A DNA stretch of 50,316 nt, from positions 1 to 50,316 of the IMG/VR virus record IMGVR_UViG_3300032257_000019, one strand, 5' to 3'. Of the stretch, positions 36,162 to 46,156 are shown piece after piece. The position numbers were made by a program, and so were the translations under genes. Below the pieces are notes generated by a model. The model saw nothing but the letters and a program-made list of their open reading frames with translations. It was not told where the DNA came from and did not search any database. How positions within the stretch are numbered: position 1 is the stretch's first letter; each line of letters opens with the position of its first letter. The stretch comes from a virus. Its lineage: Duplodnaviria; Caudoviricetes.

Positions 36162-38528
36162 TTAGTAATCCAATAGTTCTATACAGAATGTAGTATGAGT
36201 CTCATCAATACCCTCAGAGACACCAGAAGCATGGTATACAAGAAGTTCAAAGTAATCAGTAGCAGCCACGTTAAGGATAGGAGTACTTATACTGAAGGTA
36301 TCTATACCTAGCTGGGAGGGGTCATACTGCATTTGAGCAACAGTTAGTGTTCCATTCTTCCTGATATAACAATATCCTTCAGTACCTGATAAGGTAGTAT
36401 CGAATATCACATTACCACTCAATTTAACTTTAGTAAATCCACTAGGTACAGTTAATCTAGTATTGTTTGTAACAGTATCATGGCAGGAGTGAGTATCATA
36501 GTGTTCTGCATTGAATGTTAATGTATTCGTTGTGCCTGTGTTTAGTGTTTTGGTCCCAGTATAATATACCAAAGCCCCTCGTAGTTGAAGGACATCTCCA
36601 TCTACGTATACGCCATTAACAGCATCTACTGTCCCTGTTCCATTCCCAGTATCTAAAGGACTACCTGATACTACTAAGCCCCCAGCTGAGTGGTCAATGA
36701 ACATCTTTAATGAGCCACCAGTACCGAACCACATATCCGTAGCTTCGTAATTGTAGATTTGGGCAGTTTCACCAGAGTTTAACCCAAGCAATAGGCCATT
36801 GTTCGAGGCAGTTCCAGTGTCTGAGTTCTGTATCAATATACCACTAGTACCCGTATTATCCCCATATACAACTAAGTCAGCATTTGGGGTAAGGTCCGTA
36901 GCATCTGGACTTATTAGAAAATTACCATTAGAAGATATCTTAGCTCGTCTAGATCCACCAGTAGCAAAGATTAAATCTGTGTTTTCATAGTTCCATACTA
37001 GTGCTTGTTCAGAAGTATTTATACCTGTTAAATACCCGACACTTCCTGTCGTGCCTGTTGTACTATTAACAAACTGACAGTAGGATTCCCCACTTGCTGA
37101 GGTAGCATGTATTACTAATTCATTTTCAGGAGTAAAATCAGTGCCCCCTGGAGATATTACCCAATTACCCCCAGATGCTATCTTACCTCTAAATGTATTA
37201 TTAGTATAAATCCATATATCAGTGTTCTCATAATTACGAAGAACACCTTGTTCGTTTGTATTTAATCCAACTAAAAAACCATCAGAGCCAGTGGTACTAG
37301 TAATACTATTAGTATATTGAGTATAGGCATCTCCATTAACTCCACCGTATATGCATAGATCGTAAGTAGGAGTAAAATCTGTACCATCAGGGGTTATTAG
37401 GAAGTAACCATTAGAAGATATCTTACCTCTGAATGTATTATTAGTTGCTAAGACAAGATCTGTATTCTCGAAATTCCATAACGCAGCTTCTTCAGACCCA
37501 TTTATACCCACAATGAACCCATCAGTAGAGGTTGATAGAGTATCTGCATTAACATACTGAGTATATATTCCAGTACTTGCAGAAGAGTGTTCTAATACTA
37601 AGTTATTATCATTTATTGTAACTTGCCCAGTAAATGAGCTTGTTCCACTATGGATATTAGCCCCACTAAATGTATTATCTCCACTAAATGTATTATCTCC
37701 AGTAAGTGTCTTATCCCCAGATATAGTCTCAGCAATATCATTTAACTCATTAGCTTGTGTTCTGAAGTTATCTACATTAACAGTCTTACCAGTAGTAGAT
37801 ACTAATACCTGTAACTTAGCATATCTTGCAGTAGAAGGAGGAGTAAATAATACTCCCTTGTCGGTCCAAGAAGTAGGGTTAGTGGCACTATCCGAATACA
37901 AGTCAGAGTTAGATATAAATAACTGTGCATCTGTATACCATTTCATTCTAACAATTACATTAGCATCTACAGCTGAGGCTTTCATAGCCCATCTTAATAT
38001 TTCTTGTTGACCTTCTTGTACTTCAAAGAAGTCAGTAATAATATCAGCGGTATTAGCAGAAGCTATAGTAAACTTCATAGAAGTAGTACCGTGGTAGTTA
38101 TCCGCAGTATCTAGTGCTAAAGTATTACCAGTCCCTGCAGTAGCGGTCCAGTTATCAGGAGTACTATCCCCGTTTGCATCTGTCTCGAATGAACCATTAG
38201 GGACCTTATTCGCTACACCTACCGCATCAGCAGTTACATCAACATCCCCTACATCATCTAATGTCCAGTAAGGAGAAGCTGGAGGATCAGTATCATTAGC
38301 AGGAGCTAATACCAACTTATACTTACCATCAAGGAACATAGTACATTCCCCATTAGCATCAAGGATGATAGGGTTAGTATTAGCGGTATTTTGATCAAAG
38401 TCCTCATGAGTAGTCTTCTTAGTAGAAGTACCAGGTTCATATGTGAATAATTTAGCACCCACAGCTAATTGATTAGTTCCTGGTAAGAAGAACTTAAACT
38501 TAGGGTATCCATGTATAGAAACAGTCAT
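36162..38528 (-). CDS. Tail fibre / spike protein
   Basis: N-terminal attachment domain (TYEPGT...NTNPIILDANGE), CBM-like NGSFE domain, four repeats of about 80 aa, and a C1q/TNF-like C-terminus. Confidence 0.85.
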   Translation of the reverse strand: MTVSIHGYPKFKFFLPGTNQLAVGAKLFTYEPGTSTKKTTHEDFDQNTANTNPIILDANGECTMFLDGKYKLVLAPANDTDPPASPYWTLDDVGDVDVTADAVGVANKVPNGSFETDANGDSTPDNWTATAGTGNTLALDTADNYHGTTSMKFTIASANTADIITDFFEVQEGQQEILRWAMKASAVDANVIVRMKWYTDAQLFISNSDLYSDSATNPTSWTDKGVLFTPPSTARYAKLQVLVSTTGKTVNVDNFRTQANELNDIAETISGDKTLTGDNTFSGDNTFSGANIHSGTSSFTGQVTINDNNLVLEHSSASTGIYTQYVNADTLSTSTDGFIVGINGSEEAALWNFENTDLVLATNNTFRGKISSNGYFLITPDGTDFTPTYDLCIYGGVNGDAYTQYTNSITSTTGSDGFLVGLNTNEQGVLRNYENTDIWIYTNNTFRGKIASGGNWVISPGGTDFTPENELVIHATSASGESYCQFVNSTTGTTGSVGYLTGINTSEQALVWNYENTDLIFATGGSRRAKISSNGNFLISPDATDLTPNADLVVYGDNTGTSGILIQNSDTGTASNNGLLLGLNSGETAQIYNYEATDMWFGTGGSLKMFIDHSAGGLVVSGSPLDTGNGTGTVDAVNGVYVDGDVLQLRGALVYYTGTKTLNTGTTNTLTFNAEHYDTHSCHDTVTNNTRLTVPSGFTKVKLSGNVIFDTTLSGTEGYCYIRKNGTLTVAQMQYDPSQLGIDTFSISTPILNVAATDYFELLVYHASGVSEGIDETHTTFCIELLDY

Positions 38529-39244
38529 TACTTACGTCTCCTAGTAGGTCTAAACTTCAAAGATCTATTATCTTCGATATCTGTACCTTCTGCTTCCTTC
38601 CTGTAATAATTAGCAAACTTCTCAATACGTCTTTGTTTAGTTTCAGGTAGATCATATTCCATCATAATCTCTTTAATTAAGTTCCATTTAAGAGCTAAGT
38701 ACCATTCTTGAGGGAATTCTAAATCATTAGTAGTGGCATCTGCATCATCAATAGGTTTACTGTAGTTTATATTTAAAGTATAAGTAGATGCAGCAGTAGC
38801 ATCAGGTACTGGCCAAAGGTATAATGTCCCATTAGTTAATTGAGGGTCATAGTGGAATTGTGTAGGTGTACCTGTTGAGGTAGGGTCAGATAGCTTCCTA
38901 TACTGTTCACGAGACATAGGAGTAACTGGTATAGTATTACCACTACTATCTACAAGTTGAGCATTAAATACATCAGAAGGGCGATCCATAGTAACATCCC
39001 CAGAAGGACCTAATGTATAGTCCTTATCGGAAGCTACCATGGTTATATCTTGGTTACGTCTCATCCATAACTTAAGTCCTCTTACAGACCATAGTTTAAT
39101 GAGACCTTCCATTGCTTCTAGTGTATCATTAGTTTCTTGTGCAGTAGCTGTCTCTCCATTTAAGCCAATACCACATACACGTAAAGCAGCAGAGATAACT
39201 TCCCCTACTGTCATATTGTGATTTGTTGATGCTGATAAAGCCAT
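38528..39244 (-). CDS. Head-tail adaptor protein
   Basis: ISAALR...G..., GTPTQF...LYLWPVPD, FPQEWYLALKWNL. Confidence 0.8.
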   Translation of the reverse strand: MALSASTNHNMTVGEVISAALRVCGIGLNGETATAQETNDTLEAMEGLIKLWSVRGLKLWMRRNQDITMVASDKDYTLGPSGDVTMDRPSDVFNAQLVDSSGNTIPVTPMSREQYRKLSDPTSTGTPTQFHYDPQLTNGTLYLWPVPDATAASTYTLNINYSKPIDDADATTNDLEFPQEWYLALKWNLIKEIMMEYDLPETKQRRIEKFANYYRKEAEGTDIEDNRSLKFRPTRRRK

Positions 39245-39249
39245 TTAAA

Positions 39250-39795
39250 TTACCCCGTAAAATATCCAAATCCAGGAATATCAATAGATCCCCCTGTTGT
39301 AGTCATGTAACCAAAACCAGGTATATTAATACTAGACCCTGATACGGATACATCTACTGTTACTGATTGTGCTGTGTATGCATATGATGCAGTATCTAAT
39401 GTTATCAGATTACCTACAGTAGCTGTCACTGTCTGAGGAGTATACGCATAGGAAGCTGTAGTTAACTCAATAGTTACAGAAGGAACACCACCTTCATTAA
39501 TAGCCCCTGCATCATAAGTGTAACTAGCAGTATCTAATGTTAGAGAGATAGCGTTATTAACATACACATCAGCAGGTTGTCCAGTAACTACTCCTTTTGC
39601 TGAAGTATCCTCAGGATGAGCCTGGGCAAAGTCTAGGGGATGTCTAGGCTCCCAGCAGTCATTACATACCTTTAACCCGTTCCACTCAATAGTAGAATCA
39701 GATAAACGCATATCAAAACCACATCTCTGGCATACATTCCAGTGGTTACCGGCTTGATACCCTGGATTACTTGTATGTTTACCTTTACTTGCCAT
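39250..39795 (-). CDS. Zinc-finger protein (CQRCG...CNDCWEPRHP) with C-terminal TASY repeats
   Basis: Four-Cys domain, three L-x-TASY-x-Y repeats and two IPGFGY repeats. Confidence 0.7.
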   Translation of the reverse strand: MASKGKHTSNPGYQAGNHWNVCQRCGFDMRLSDSTIEWNGLKVCNDCWEPRHPLDFAQAHPEDTSAKGVVTGQPADVYVNNAISLTLDTASYTYDAGAINEGGVPSVTIELTTASYAYTPQTVTATVGNLITLDTASYAYTAQSVTVDVSVSGSSINIPGFGYMTTTGGSIDIPGFGYFTG

Positions 39796-41120
39796 TAGGC
39801 TACACTCATCTTGTTATCAACATGAACTACTTTACCAGCTTCATATTTACCTACATTAAGTACCCCGAAGTACAGCCCAGTTTGATTAACTGTTACAGTT
39901 ACAGCTATCTTAACACTCCTAGATCCAGCAGGTTCTCCTGTCCAATTTGCTAACCCTGTTCCAGCTGATAAGGCCGTATAAGAGGCTAATGCAAATTCTC
40001 TTGAACTAGTATCTACTTTATGAACTACTGAAGTAGCAGAGTCAAGGTAGTATAAATCTAACCAACATTCTTGAGCTGTTAATGCAGAGGTATAATTCTC
40101 TACCATTTCTAATGTGAATGTTTGAGACCCAGTTGCTGTTGCAATACCTCCTATCTTAAAGCTTTGGATAGGGAGGACTACTGAGCAATTAGCACTAGGA
40201 GTTAATTCTCCAGATATATTGGTAGTTCCATCATAATCAGCATAACCTGAGTCATGATAAGCAGAAGTAGAAGTAGTAGTATCCCCCGCTACTGTAACTT
40301 TAGAATTATCAAAGGTATCCCCAGCAGTATGACAATTGTAAGCTACTATCTCTACATTCCTAGAATTAATAGTACCATCATCTAGGGAATAAGAAGTAGG
40401 GAACTTACAATTCCTAAATTCTATATGTGCATTTAGCCCAGTACCTGAATTAGAAGTATCCACTAAAGTTGTAGTAGATATCCCTGAGAAGTCACAATCA
40501 GTAAATACAGCATACATTGGTTTAGAAGACAAATAATATATGAACCCAGCTGACCTAGTAGTTCCTGTAAAAGTACATCCATCATACTCTACACGAATAT
40601 TAGTATGGTCAATATATCCCCCAGTACCCTGAAAGGAGAATGTAGTATTCTTAGCTCTGAATCCTACCTTGGCAGTATTTTGCCACATTTGAAATGAACT
40701 ATTACCAGTGAAAGACATTTGTATTTTACAATCTTCCATATAGGTATATGTATCATTTGTAATATTATAGAAGTCATCTCCACAATCGAAGTATAGACCG
40801 TAAAAGGCAAAGGAGGCTTGAGTCACTATATCATACGACCCAGTAGAGCAGTCCATTTGCTTAGTATCAGCTCCGGTTGTTGGGGAGTAGATATCAGTAG
40901 TATGATCTACCCTATACACAGGGCAAGGTATTAATAATGTAGCATTACCACAAGTCCAATTTACATTAGCTGTAGCTGTCTCATTATGATCAGCAGCACA
41001 CCAGATAATATCAGATGTAGTCCAGGCAGTAAATGCAGCCTGTAAAGTAGTATATGCATTAGTCCAGTCAGCGCCTGTACCACCACCTGCAGCACTACTT
41101 CTTACATAAATTATAGCCAT
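39795..41120 (-). CDS. Probable beta-helix virion appendage protein
   Basis: IYV...GTGADWTNAYTTLQAA cap motif followed by F-x-x-C-x-F repeats. Confidence 0.65.
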   Translation of the reverse strand: MAIIYVRSSAAGGGTGADWTNAYTTLQAAFTAWTTSDIIWCAADHNETATANVNWTCGNATLLIPCPVYRVDHTTDIYSPTTGADTKQMDCSTGSYDIVTQASFAFYGLYFDCGDDFYNITNDTYTYMEDCKIQMSFTGNSSFQMWQNTAKVGFRAKNTTFSFQGTGGYIDHTNIRVEYDGCTFTGTTRSAGFIYYLSSKPMYAVFTDCDFSGISTTTLVDTSNSGTGLNAHIEFRNCKFPTSYSLDDGTINSRNVEIVAYNCHTAGDTFDNSKVTVAGDTTTSTSAYHDSGYADYDGTTNISGELTPSANCSVVLPIQSFKIGGIATATGSQTFTLEMVENYTSALTAQECWLDLYYLDSATSVVHKVDTSSREFALASYTALSAGTGLANWTGEPAGSRSVKIAVTVTVNQTGLYFGVLNVGKYEAGKVVHVDNKMSVA

Positions 41121-41130
41121 ATCTTACTCC

Positions 41131-41580
41131 TTATGTCGCAGTAAAGATACCAGTAGCTGATATAGTCAAGGTTAAATCCCCAGATACATTACCCTGATTA
41201 GATCCAAAGTCATCACTATATGCAATTAGACGAGAAGTACCAGGAGTACCTGTGTCTGCATACACAATAGCTCTACGACCATTAGAGAAACCTGCTCCAT
41301 CCTGTGACCAAGTAGAGGGATCTGCAGCATCGAAGGTAATAGTGCCTCCTGCTAAGGTAACAGCAGGGCTAGCAATAGCATTACCCCCAGCAGTATACCC
41401 AGTCCCACTTACTTCATTAGCAGATACATCATCCCAGAAGTCATCTGTCCCAGTGGCAGGTGAGTATGCAGAAGTTACAATAGCTATCTTAAAAGTATAT
41501 GTAACTGTATCCTCTAAGTCTATTTGCCCTGATTTGTGTTGATCTCGTATGAAAGTATCATACATATTTAGATTAGCCAT
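41131..41580 (-). CDS. Conserved virion structural protein
   Basis: NEVSGTGYTAGG...FDAAD...W...AIVY...LIAY-x-DFG pattern. Confidence 0.7.
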   Translation of the reverse strand: MANLNMYDTFIRDQHKSGQIDLEDTVTYTFKIAIVTSAYSPATGTDDFWDDVSANEVSGTGYTAGGNAIASPAVTLAGGTITFDAADPSTWSQDGAGFSNGRRAIVYADTGTPGTSRLIAYSDDFGSNQGNVSGDLTLTISATGIFTAT

Positions 41581-41584
41581 TTAC

Positions 41585-42976
41585 TTATCTTCCTTTCCTC
41601 ATTCGATTACGGACAGCTCTTTGGGAGGTAGCTCCACTAGACCCACCTGTTGCTTTCTCAGAGATACCTCCACCAGCCGATCTTAAAGGTAGTGCCTCTG
41701 AGGTATTATCTACTACTACACCAGTTAACGTAGGCGCAGATTCATATTGATATCTCACTGTCTTAACTCCTGATACAGCTGCATGAGTTAATCTAATTAT
41801 ATGGTTTTGTAATAGAACAGCAGCTGATATAGCAGCATCTACTCCATCATCTAATACTTCAAAACCTGTTATAGCACTTGTAGGAGTAAATGCTGTACCC
41901 CCGTTATGTACCATTAATATATCTGTTTGTGTAGAGCTGTTAGTTATATAACTAGTCATTACTGGACCTAACCCAGAGTAAGATACCAATTCAAGTACTT
42001 TTAAGTAGGATAATCCTAATCTCTCAGCTACTGCTACTTGTCCAGCTTCTGTGTAATGTACTGTATCTGTTAAAGGAGCATCTATTGTATTGGCTCCTAA
42101 ATAAGCATCACTATTCTCTGCCATTGCTTCTACAATAGCTGTTCTTATGGCAGTAGATTCATCATCATCAGTACCTACAGTAGTATCAGATCCAATCTCA
42201 GCAGCTATGAAGGGTAGGTCAGGGAAGCTACTCATATTAGCAATGTCTGCTCTGATATTAGTTATTAGTGTACCCAATCCTGCTTGATAATCTACATGAG
42301 ATGTGCCTACATTAGCATCAGTCTCACCTTGTATCCAGAATACACATTCTACTCCATTAGGAGCTGCAGCATTAACCTTTACTTTGAAATCATCATATAT
42401 AGAAGATGCAGAAGTATCTAACCAGTAACCATTCCCTATATCAGCACCTGAAACGAGCCCAGTGCCTCCTACAGCCCCTTCTACTAGCCCCACTGGTAAT
42501 CCTGTGTTAACTGCTATAGTGTTCCCTATGGAGATGGCACCAGCTCCCTGGAGGGCGGGATAGTGTTGCCATGCACTAACATTGTATAAGGATACCAGGT
42601 CATTGACTACTTCAGTGGTAGCAAACTGAAACATACGTCTCATATTACTTTGACCAGCACAGGCTACAACAATACCTACACCCATCTTATTAGACCCTAC
42701 ATCAGTATCTCCAGTATTCTGTCCATCTCTTACTTGGACTAAATACCAACCACCTTCAGGGATAGTTAATGTACCACTAAATGCATTTGCAGCAGGAGAA
42801 GCATCAATCTCTGTCCAATCAACTACAGTAGCACCACCAACAAAGTTAGTTATCTTAGCTTCAGCTGTACCTAAACTTGATGTATAAGTACCAGCGATAG
42901 TTACATCAGCTGTACCCAAGGATACATCTCTTTGATGTACTATATAGTTTACTGGTTCAGTTAATGTAATAGCCAT
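41585..42976 (-). CDS. SGNH-fold carbohydrate O-acetylesterase (SASA/CE6-like), probably virion-associated
   Basis: AGQSNM, AVGGT, WIQGETD and DTVH catalytic motifs. Confidence 0.85.
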   Translation of the reverse strand: MAITLTEPVNYIVHQRDVSLGTADVTIAGTYTSSLGTAEAKITNFVGGATVVDWTEIDASPAANAFSGTLTIPEGGWYLVQVRDGQNTGDTDVGSNKMGVGIVVACAGQSNMRRMFQFATTEVVNDLVSLYNVSAWQHYPALQGAGAISIGNTIAVNTGLPVGLVEGAVGGTGLVSGADIGNGYWLDTSASSIYDDFKVKVNAAAPNGVECVFWIQGETDANVGTSHVDYQAGLGTLITNIRADIANMSSFPDLPFIAAEIGSDTTVGTDDDESTAIRTAIVEAMAENSDAYLGANTIDAPLTDTVHYTEAGQVAVAERLGLSYLKVLELVSYSGLGPVMTSYITNSSTQTDILMVHNGGTAFTPTSAITGFEVLDDGVDAAISAAVLLQNHIIRLTHAAVSGVKTVRYQYESAPTLTGVVVDNTSEALPLRSAGGGISEKATGGSSGATSQRAVRNRMRKGR

Positions 42977-42980
42977 TATA

Positions 42981-43373
42981 CTATTCTTTCAATTTGCAGA
43001 TTAATAAGATATCGTATGTAGCTCCAGCTATTGCACCATTACTAGTTAATAGTAAATCTCCAGTACCATCAGCATTATCAGCATTAAGACCCCCATTGTA
43101 TGCATATTCTTTCATACCTTGGCCAGATAGTAATGCAGCTACAGTATCTGTAGTACCATCCCATGCTAGTTTAATACTTGAGAATCCTTGTATGTCGTAT
43201 TGGATCTCCATAATCTTAATAGATGAAGGGGCAACACCAATAGGTCCTGTCAATCCACTTATATCTACTTTTAGGACATCACTTTCACCTGTCCCATCAC
43301 TTTCACCTACTAAACGAACAGTGTAGTTATTACCCCCGCTCACTAATACATCTGTGCTTACTGTATCTGCCAT
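42981..43373 (-). CDS. Virion structural protein (putative)
   Basis: beta-rich, in the structural operon, with an RBS. Confidence 0.6.
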   Translation of the reverse strand: MADTVSTDVLVSGGNNYTVRLVGESDGTGESDVLKVDISGLTGPIGVAPSSIKIMEIQYDIQGFSSIKLAWDGTTDTVAALLSGQGMKEYAYNGGLNADNADGTGDLLLTSNGAIAGATYDILLICKLKE

Positions 43374-43389
43374 TTATCTATCCTCTACC

Positions 43390-44187
43390 TTATTTCTTAT
43401 ATAAAAATATTTCAAATTCTGTAGACACTACACCTGACGATGTTGGAGTCTTTGCCATAAAACCTATATCGGTGTACTCATCAAAAGGTCCATAAGGACT
43501 ATGAGTGGAACTTTCATATAAGTCATCTATTTGCTCTGCTCTAGCAATAACACGCATAGCTCCAGAGTAAGGGGCTACAATGTCATTAGCGTTAGGTCTC
43601 TGAAAGAATAATACATCAACAGCTTTTGCAGAACTTACTTTTACTGTAAAGTTCTTTACTAGTGCTTTAAACCCCTTTGGTACAGTATAAGCTGATATCT
43701 CCCCTTGCCCAAAAGGGAAACCATCATTAGAGATTACAGCCCAGATATCTGTTCCTGTGGCAGCATCTGTGATTGTTATTTCCCCTACATGAGACCCAGC
43801 TGATTGAGTAGCATAAGTACCACTAGATGATACAAATATCCTGAATACCCTAACAAAGTCAGTATCTATTGTTACAGGGGTTAATCCATCTGGTACTACT
43901 GTAGTTTGTACAAAGGACCAATCTGCAGCCAGTCCTTGTATTGTTACTTCTCTGGCCCCAGTTCCAGCAGAATTATCTTGAGCATCATCACTTTCAATTT
44001 GTAAAGTTACCGCTGCAGTTGGGACTTGGTAATTACCTCCTATACAAACAGGCTCATAGGTACTCCCTACATCATTATTAAATCCAAACTTATGTATAGG
44101 GCTTAATCCAGCAATAGACCCTAATGCCTCTAGATCTGTCTCATCTGTATTTATTGTATTCTCATATACAAAAGTACCCTGACTCAT
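43390..44187 (-). CDS. Virion structural protein (putative)
   Basis: HKFGFN...GTGAR-x-V-x-IQGL...YTVPKG pattern, which I recall from phage structural genes. Confidence 0.65.
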   Translation of the reverse strand: MSQGTFVYENTINTDETDLEALGSIAGLSPIHKFGFNNDVGSTYEPVCIGGNYQVPTAAVTLQIESDDAQDNSAGTGAREVTIQGLAADWSFVQTTVVPDGLTPVTIDTDFVRVFRIFVSSSGTYATQSAGSHVGEITITDAATGTDIWAVISNDGFPFGQGEISAYTVPKGFKALVKNFTVKVSSAKAVDVLFFQRPNANDIVAPYSGAMRVIARAEQIDDLYESSTHSPYGPFDEYTDIGFMAKTPTSSGVVSTEFEIFLYKK

Positions 44188-44510
44188 TACTGTCCACCTC
44201 CTTCATAAATTGCAGTTAAAGTAGGGGCAGTCCCTCCCTCTAATGTAGTTAGGTTAAGTCGTACATAAGTAACCAGTTTAGATGTCACATGGAACATAGT
44301 CTTAGAATCAGTGATATCTCCAGTGGATACCTTATGACCGGCTAACTGATACCATGTTTCATTATCCAGACTTCCCTCTAATTCAATAGTAACTGCAGTA
44401 GGATTACCTGTGAATGTGCATTGTACAGTGTGTTCCATCACTCCCATCCGAACACCCCAGCTATTCCCTGCCCCAGTTGTAGTAACAGAACTTAGTAATC
44501 TAGTAGCCAT
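44187..44510 (-). CDS. Small beta-sandwich structural protein
   Basis: LEGSLD...W...YVR pattern; TAATG-coupled to the next gene. Confidence 0.6.
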   Translation of the reverse strand: MATRLLSSVTTTGAGNSWGVRMGVMEHTVQCTFTGNPTAVTIELEGSLDNETWYQLAGHKVSTGDITDSKTMFHVTSKLVTYVRLNLTTLEGGTAPTLTAIYEGGGQ

Positions 44511-44578
44511 TTCTTAACCTTTTGCCATAGAGTAGGGGGTTTGTAGTTAGGGTCTAGCTTGGATAGTTGATTGAGCTT

Positions 44579-44621
44579 AGGACAAGAGTAATGTTTAGTA
44601 CTCCTGTCCTCTTCTCTTTTT
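44579..44621. terminator. Intergenic hairpin, possible terminator or processing site
   Basis: AGGACA-A-GAGTA...TACTC-C-TGTCCT stem, with a T-rich tail on the + strand. Confidence 0.4.
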
Positions 44622-44637
44622 GGAAAGATCCTATACA

Positions 44638-45117
44638 TTATGCAGGATCAGTTGCAGTAATAGAACCAGCAGCTCCACCAGCGCCAGTAACAATCCAAGC
44701 AGCTCCATCACTTACGATATCGATATAATCACCGATCTCAGCTAAGTTAAGGATAAAGTTGATTTGATCTTCTACTTCAGCAAGTACTGTAGCTCCATTA
44801 ACAATAAGAAGACCAGATATATTATCACCTTCAGCAGAGATAACAGCAGCACTAGATGTAATTGCAAAGTTACATTGTACTCGAACTTTAAAACCAGTAT
44901 TAGTTACTGCAGGTAGGGTAACATCCCCAGGAGCAGCATCCCCTAATAGAATAGTTTTACCATTATCAGCAGCAGTTAATGTCTGTGCAGTTAGTTGTGT
45001 TTCTACTTTACTTATATTATGTTCTACACCACCCACAAATAATCGACCACCACCATTGGCAGTACCGACTTTAAGATTGGACATGTGTGAGAATTTAGTT
45101 GATTCATTAGCAGCCAT
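44638..45117 (-). CDS. Capsid-associated (head fibre or decoration) protein
   Basis: TLTAADNGK...VTLPA...G...SDG-x-x-W pattern; follows the major capsid gene. Confidence 0.6.
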   Translation of the reverse strand: MAANESTKFSHMSNLKVGTANGGGRLFVGGVEHNISKVETQLTAQTLTAADNGKTILLGDAAPGDVTLPAVTNTGFKVRVQCNFAITSSAAVISAEGDNISGLLIVNGATVLAEVEDQINFILNLAEIGDYIDIVSDGAAWIVTGAGGAAGSITATDPA

Positions 45118-45194
45118 ATTATTTACTCCTAGCCTTGTCAGGCTGTCAACTCCCTATCCCCGCTGTAAGAGGTATAAGGATATATTAAATTATT

Positions 45195-45224
45195 AAAAGA
45201 GAGGGGGAATTGCTCCCCCACCTC
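45195..45224 (-). terminator. Rho-independent terminator after the major capsid gene
   Basis: GGGGGA-GCAAT-TCCCCC hairpin followed by TCTCTTTT. Confidence 0.75.
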
Positions 45225-45234
45225 AGTTTACTTC

Positions 45235-46143
45235 TTATGCACCTTCTGAACCAAAGATACCTCGAGGATCAATCCAGCCTTGGCTGTAACGTTCTGAAGA
45301 TTTGAACTTAGCGTTCTCACTATCAAAATCATTATCAGCACCAAACTCAACTGCTCGACGAGTATATGCTTTCATACCATTTGGAGCGTTAGTACGGATG
45401 AACCATGCATTAGTATCAGTGAAATAGTGATTAATATGCACACCTTTAGGGAACTTAGACATAGCTGCTAAAGCATTAATGTCATTATCAGAAGTACCAA
45501 CACGTAACGGAGACTTCAAGATACGTTCAATTTCAAACATACTATCTACAGGTAAATGTAAAGATTGTGCTTGAAGAGCAATACGTAAACCACGATCATT
45601 CTTCAATTTAGCAATATCAATACATGCTTGCTCTAGAGCTGCTTCAGAAATATCAGCAGGGGTAGCTAATTCATTAGCATAAGATCCACCAGCAATATTA
45701 ACATGAGCAGAAGAACACATTTCCTTACCACCAGTACCTGTATAAGAGGTATTGAATGCACGATTGTAAACGTTAGCTCGGTTAACTTCTTTAGTTTGTC
45801 TCATAGAGAAAGCCAAAGACTTAGCCTTTTGAGCTGCCATTACATCATACTGATCATCTTCAAACATTTCACGAGTTACGATGAAGCCTAATGCATATGT
45901 AACGTGAGTTAAGCGAGTTAAGTGCCCTTGCTTCTCAGTATCGTATGCAATACCTGCGCCCTCAGCTTTAGCTTGCGCCAAACCGAAACCAGAGATAGAA
46001 ACATCTTCTTCGTATGCTCGAGTAGAAGTATCTTCATCAAACAGTACTTTACATTCTTCAGGCCATTCATCATATGAACGTCCCCACCACTTCTTAACAC
46101 CAGGCTCTAAGGCTCGGGCAAAACTACTTGAACTAATAGCCAT
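45235..46143 (-). CDS. Major capsid protein (HK97 fold)
   Basis: LEPG...Y...STRAYEE...GFG...KAEG...YALGF...NHYFTDTNAWF...ERYS-x-GW-x-DPRG-x-x-GS; strong RBS and downstream terminator. Confidence 0.9.
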   Translation of the reverse strand: MAISSSSFARALEPGVKKWWGRSYDEWPEECKVLFDEDTSTRAYEEDVSISGFGLAQAKAEGAGIAYDTEKQGHLTRLTHVTYALGFIVTREMFEDDQYDVMAAQKAKSLAFSMRQTKEVNRANVYNRAFNTSYTGTGGKEMCSSAHVNIAGGSYANELATPADISEAALEQACIDIAKLKNDRGLRIALQAQSLHLPVDSMFEIERILKSPLRVGTSDNDINALAAMSKFPKGVHINHYFTDTNAWFIRTNAPNGMKAYTRRAVEFGADNDFDSENAKFKSSERYSQGWIDPRGIFGSEGA

Positions 46144-46156
46144 AATCTATTTCTCC

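Noticed and set aside
36162-38528. Diversity-generating retroelement or invertible fibre cassette
   Set aside because: No reverse transcriptase, template/variable repeat pair, invertase or inverted crossover sites are seen.
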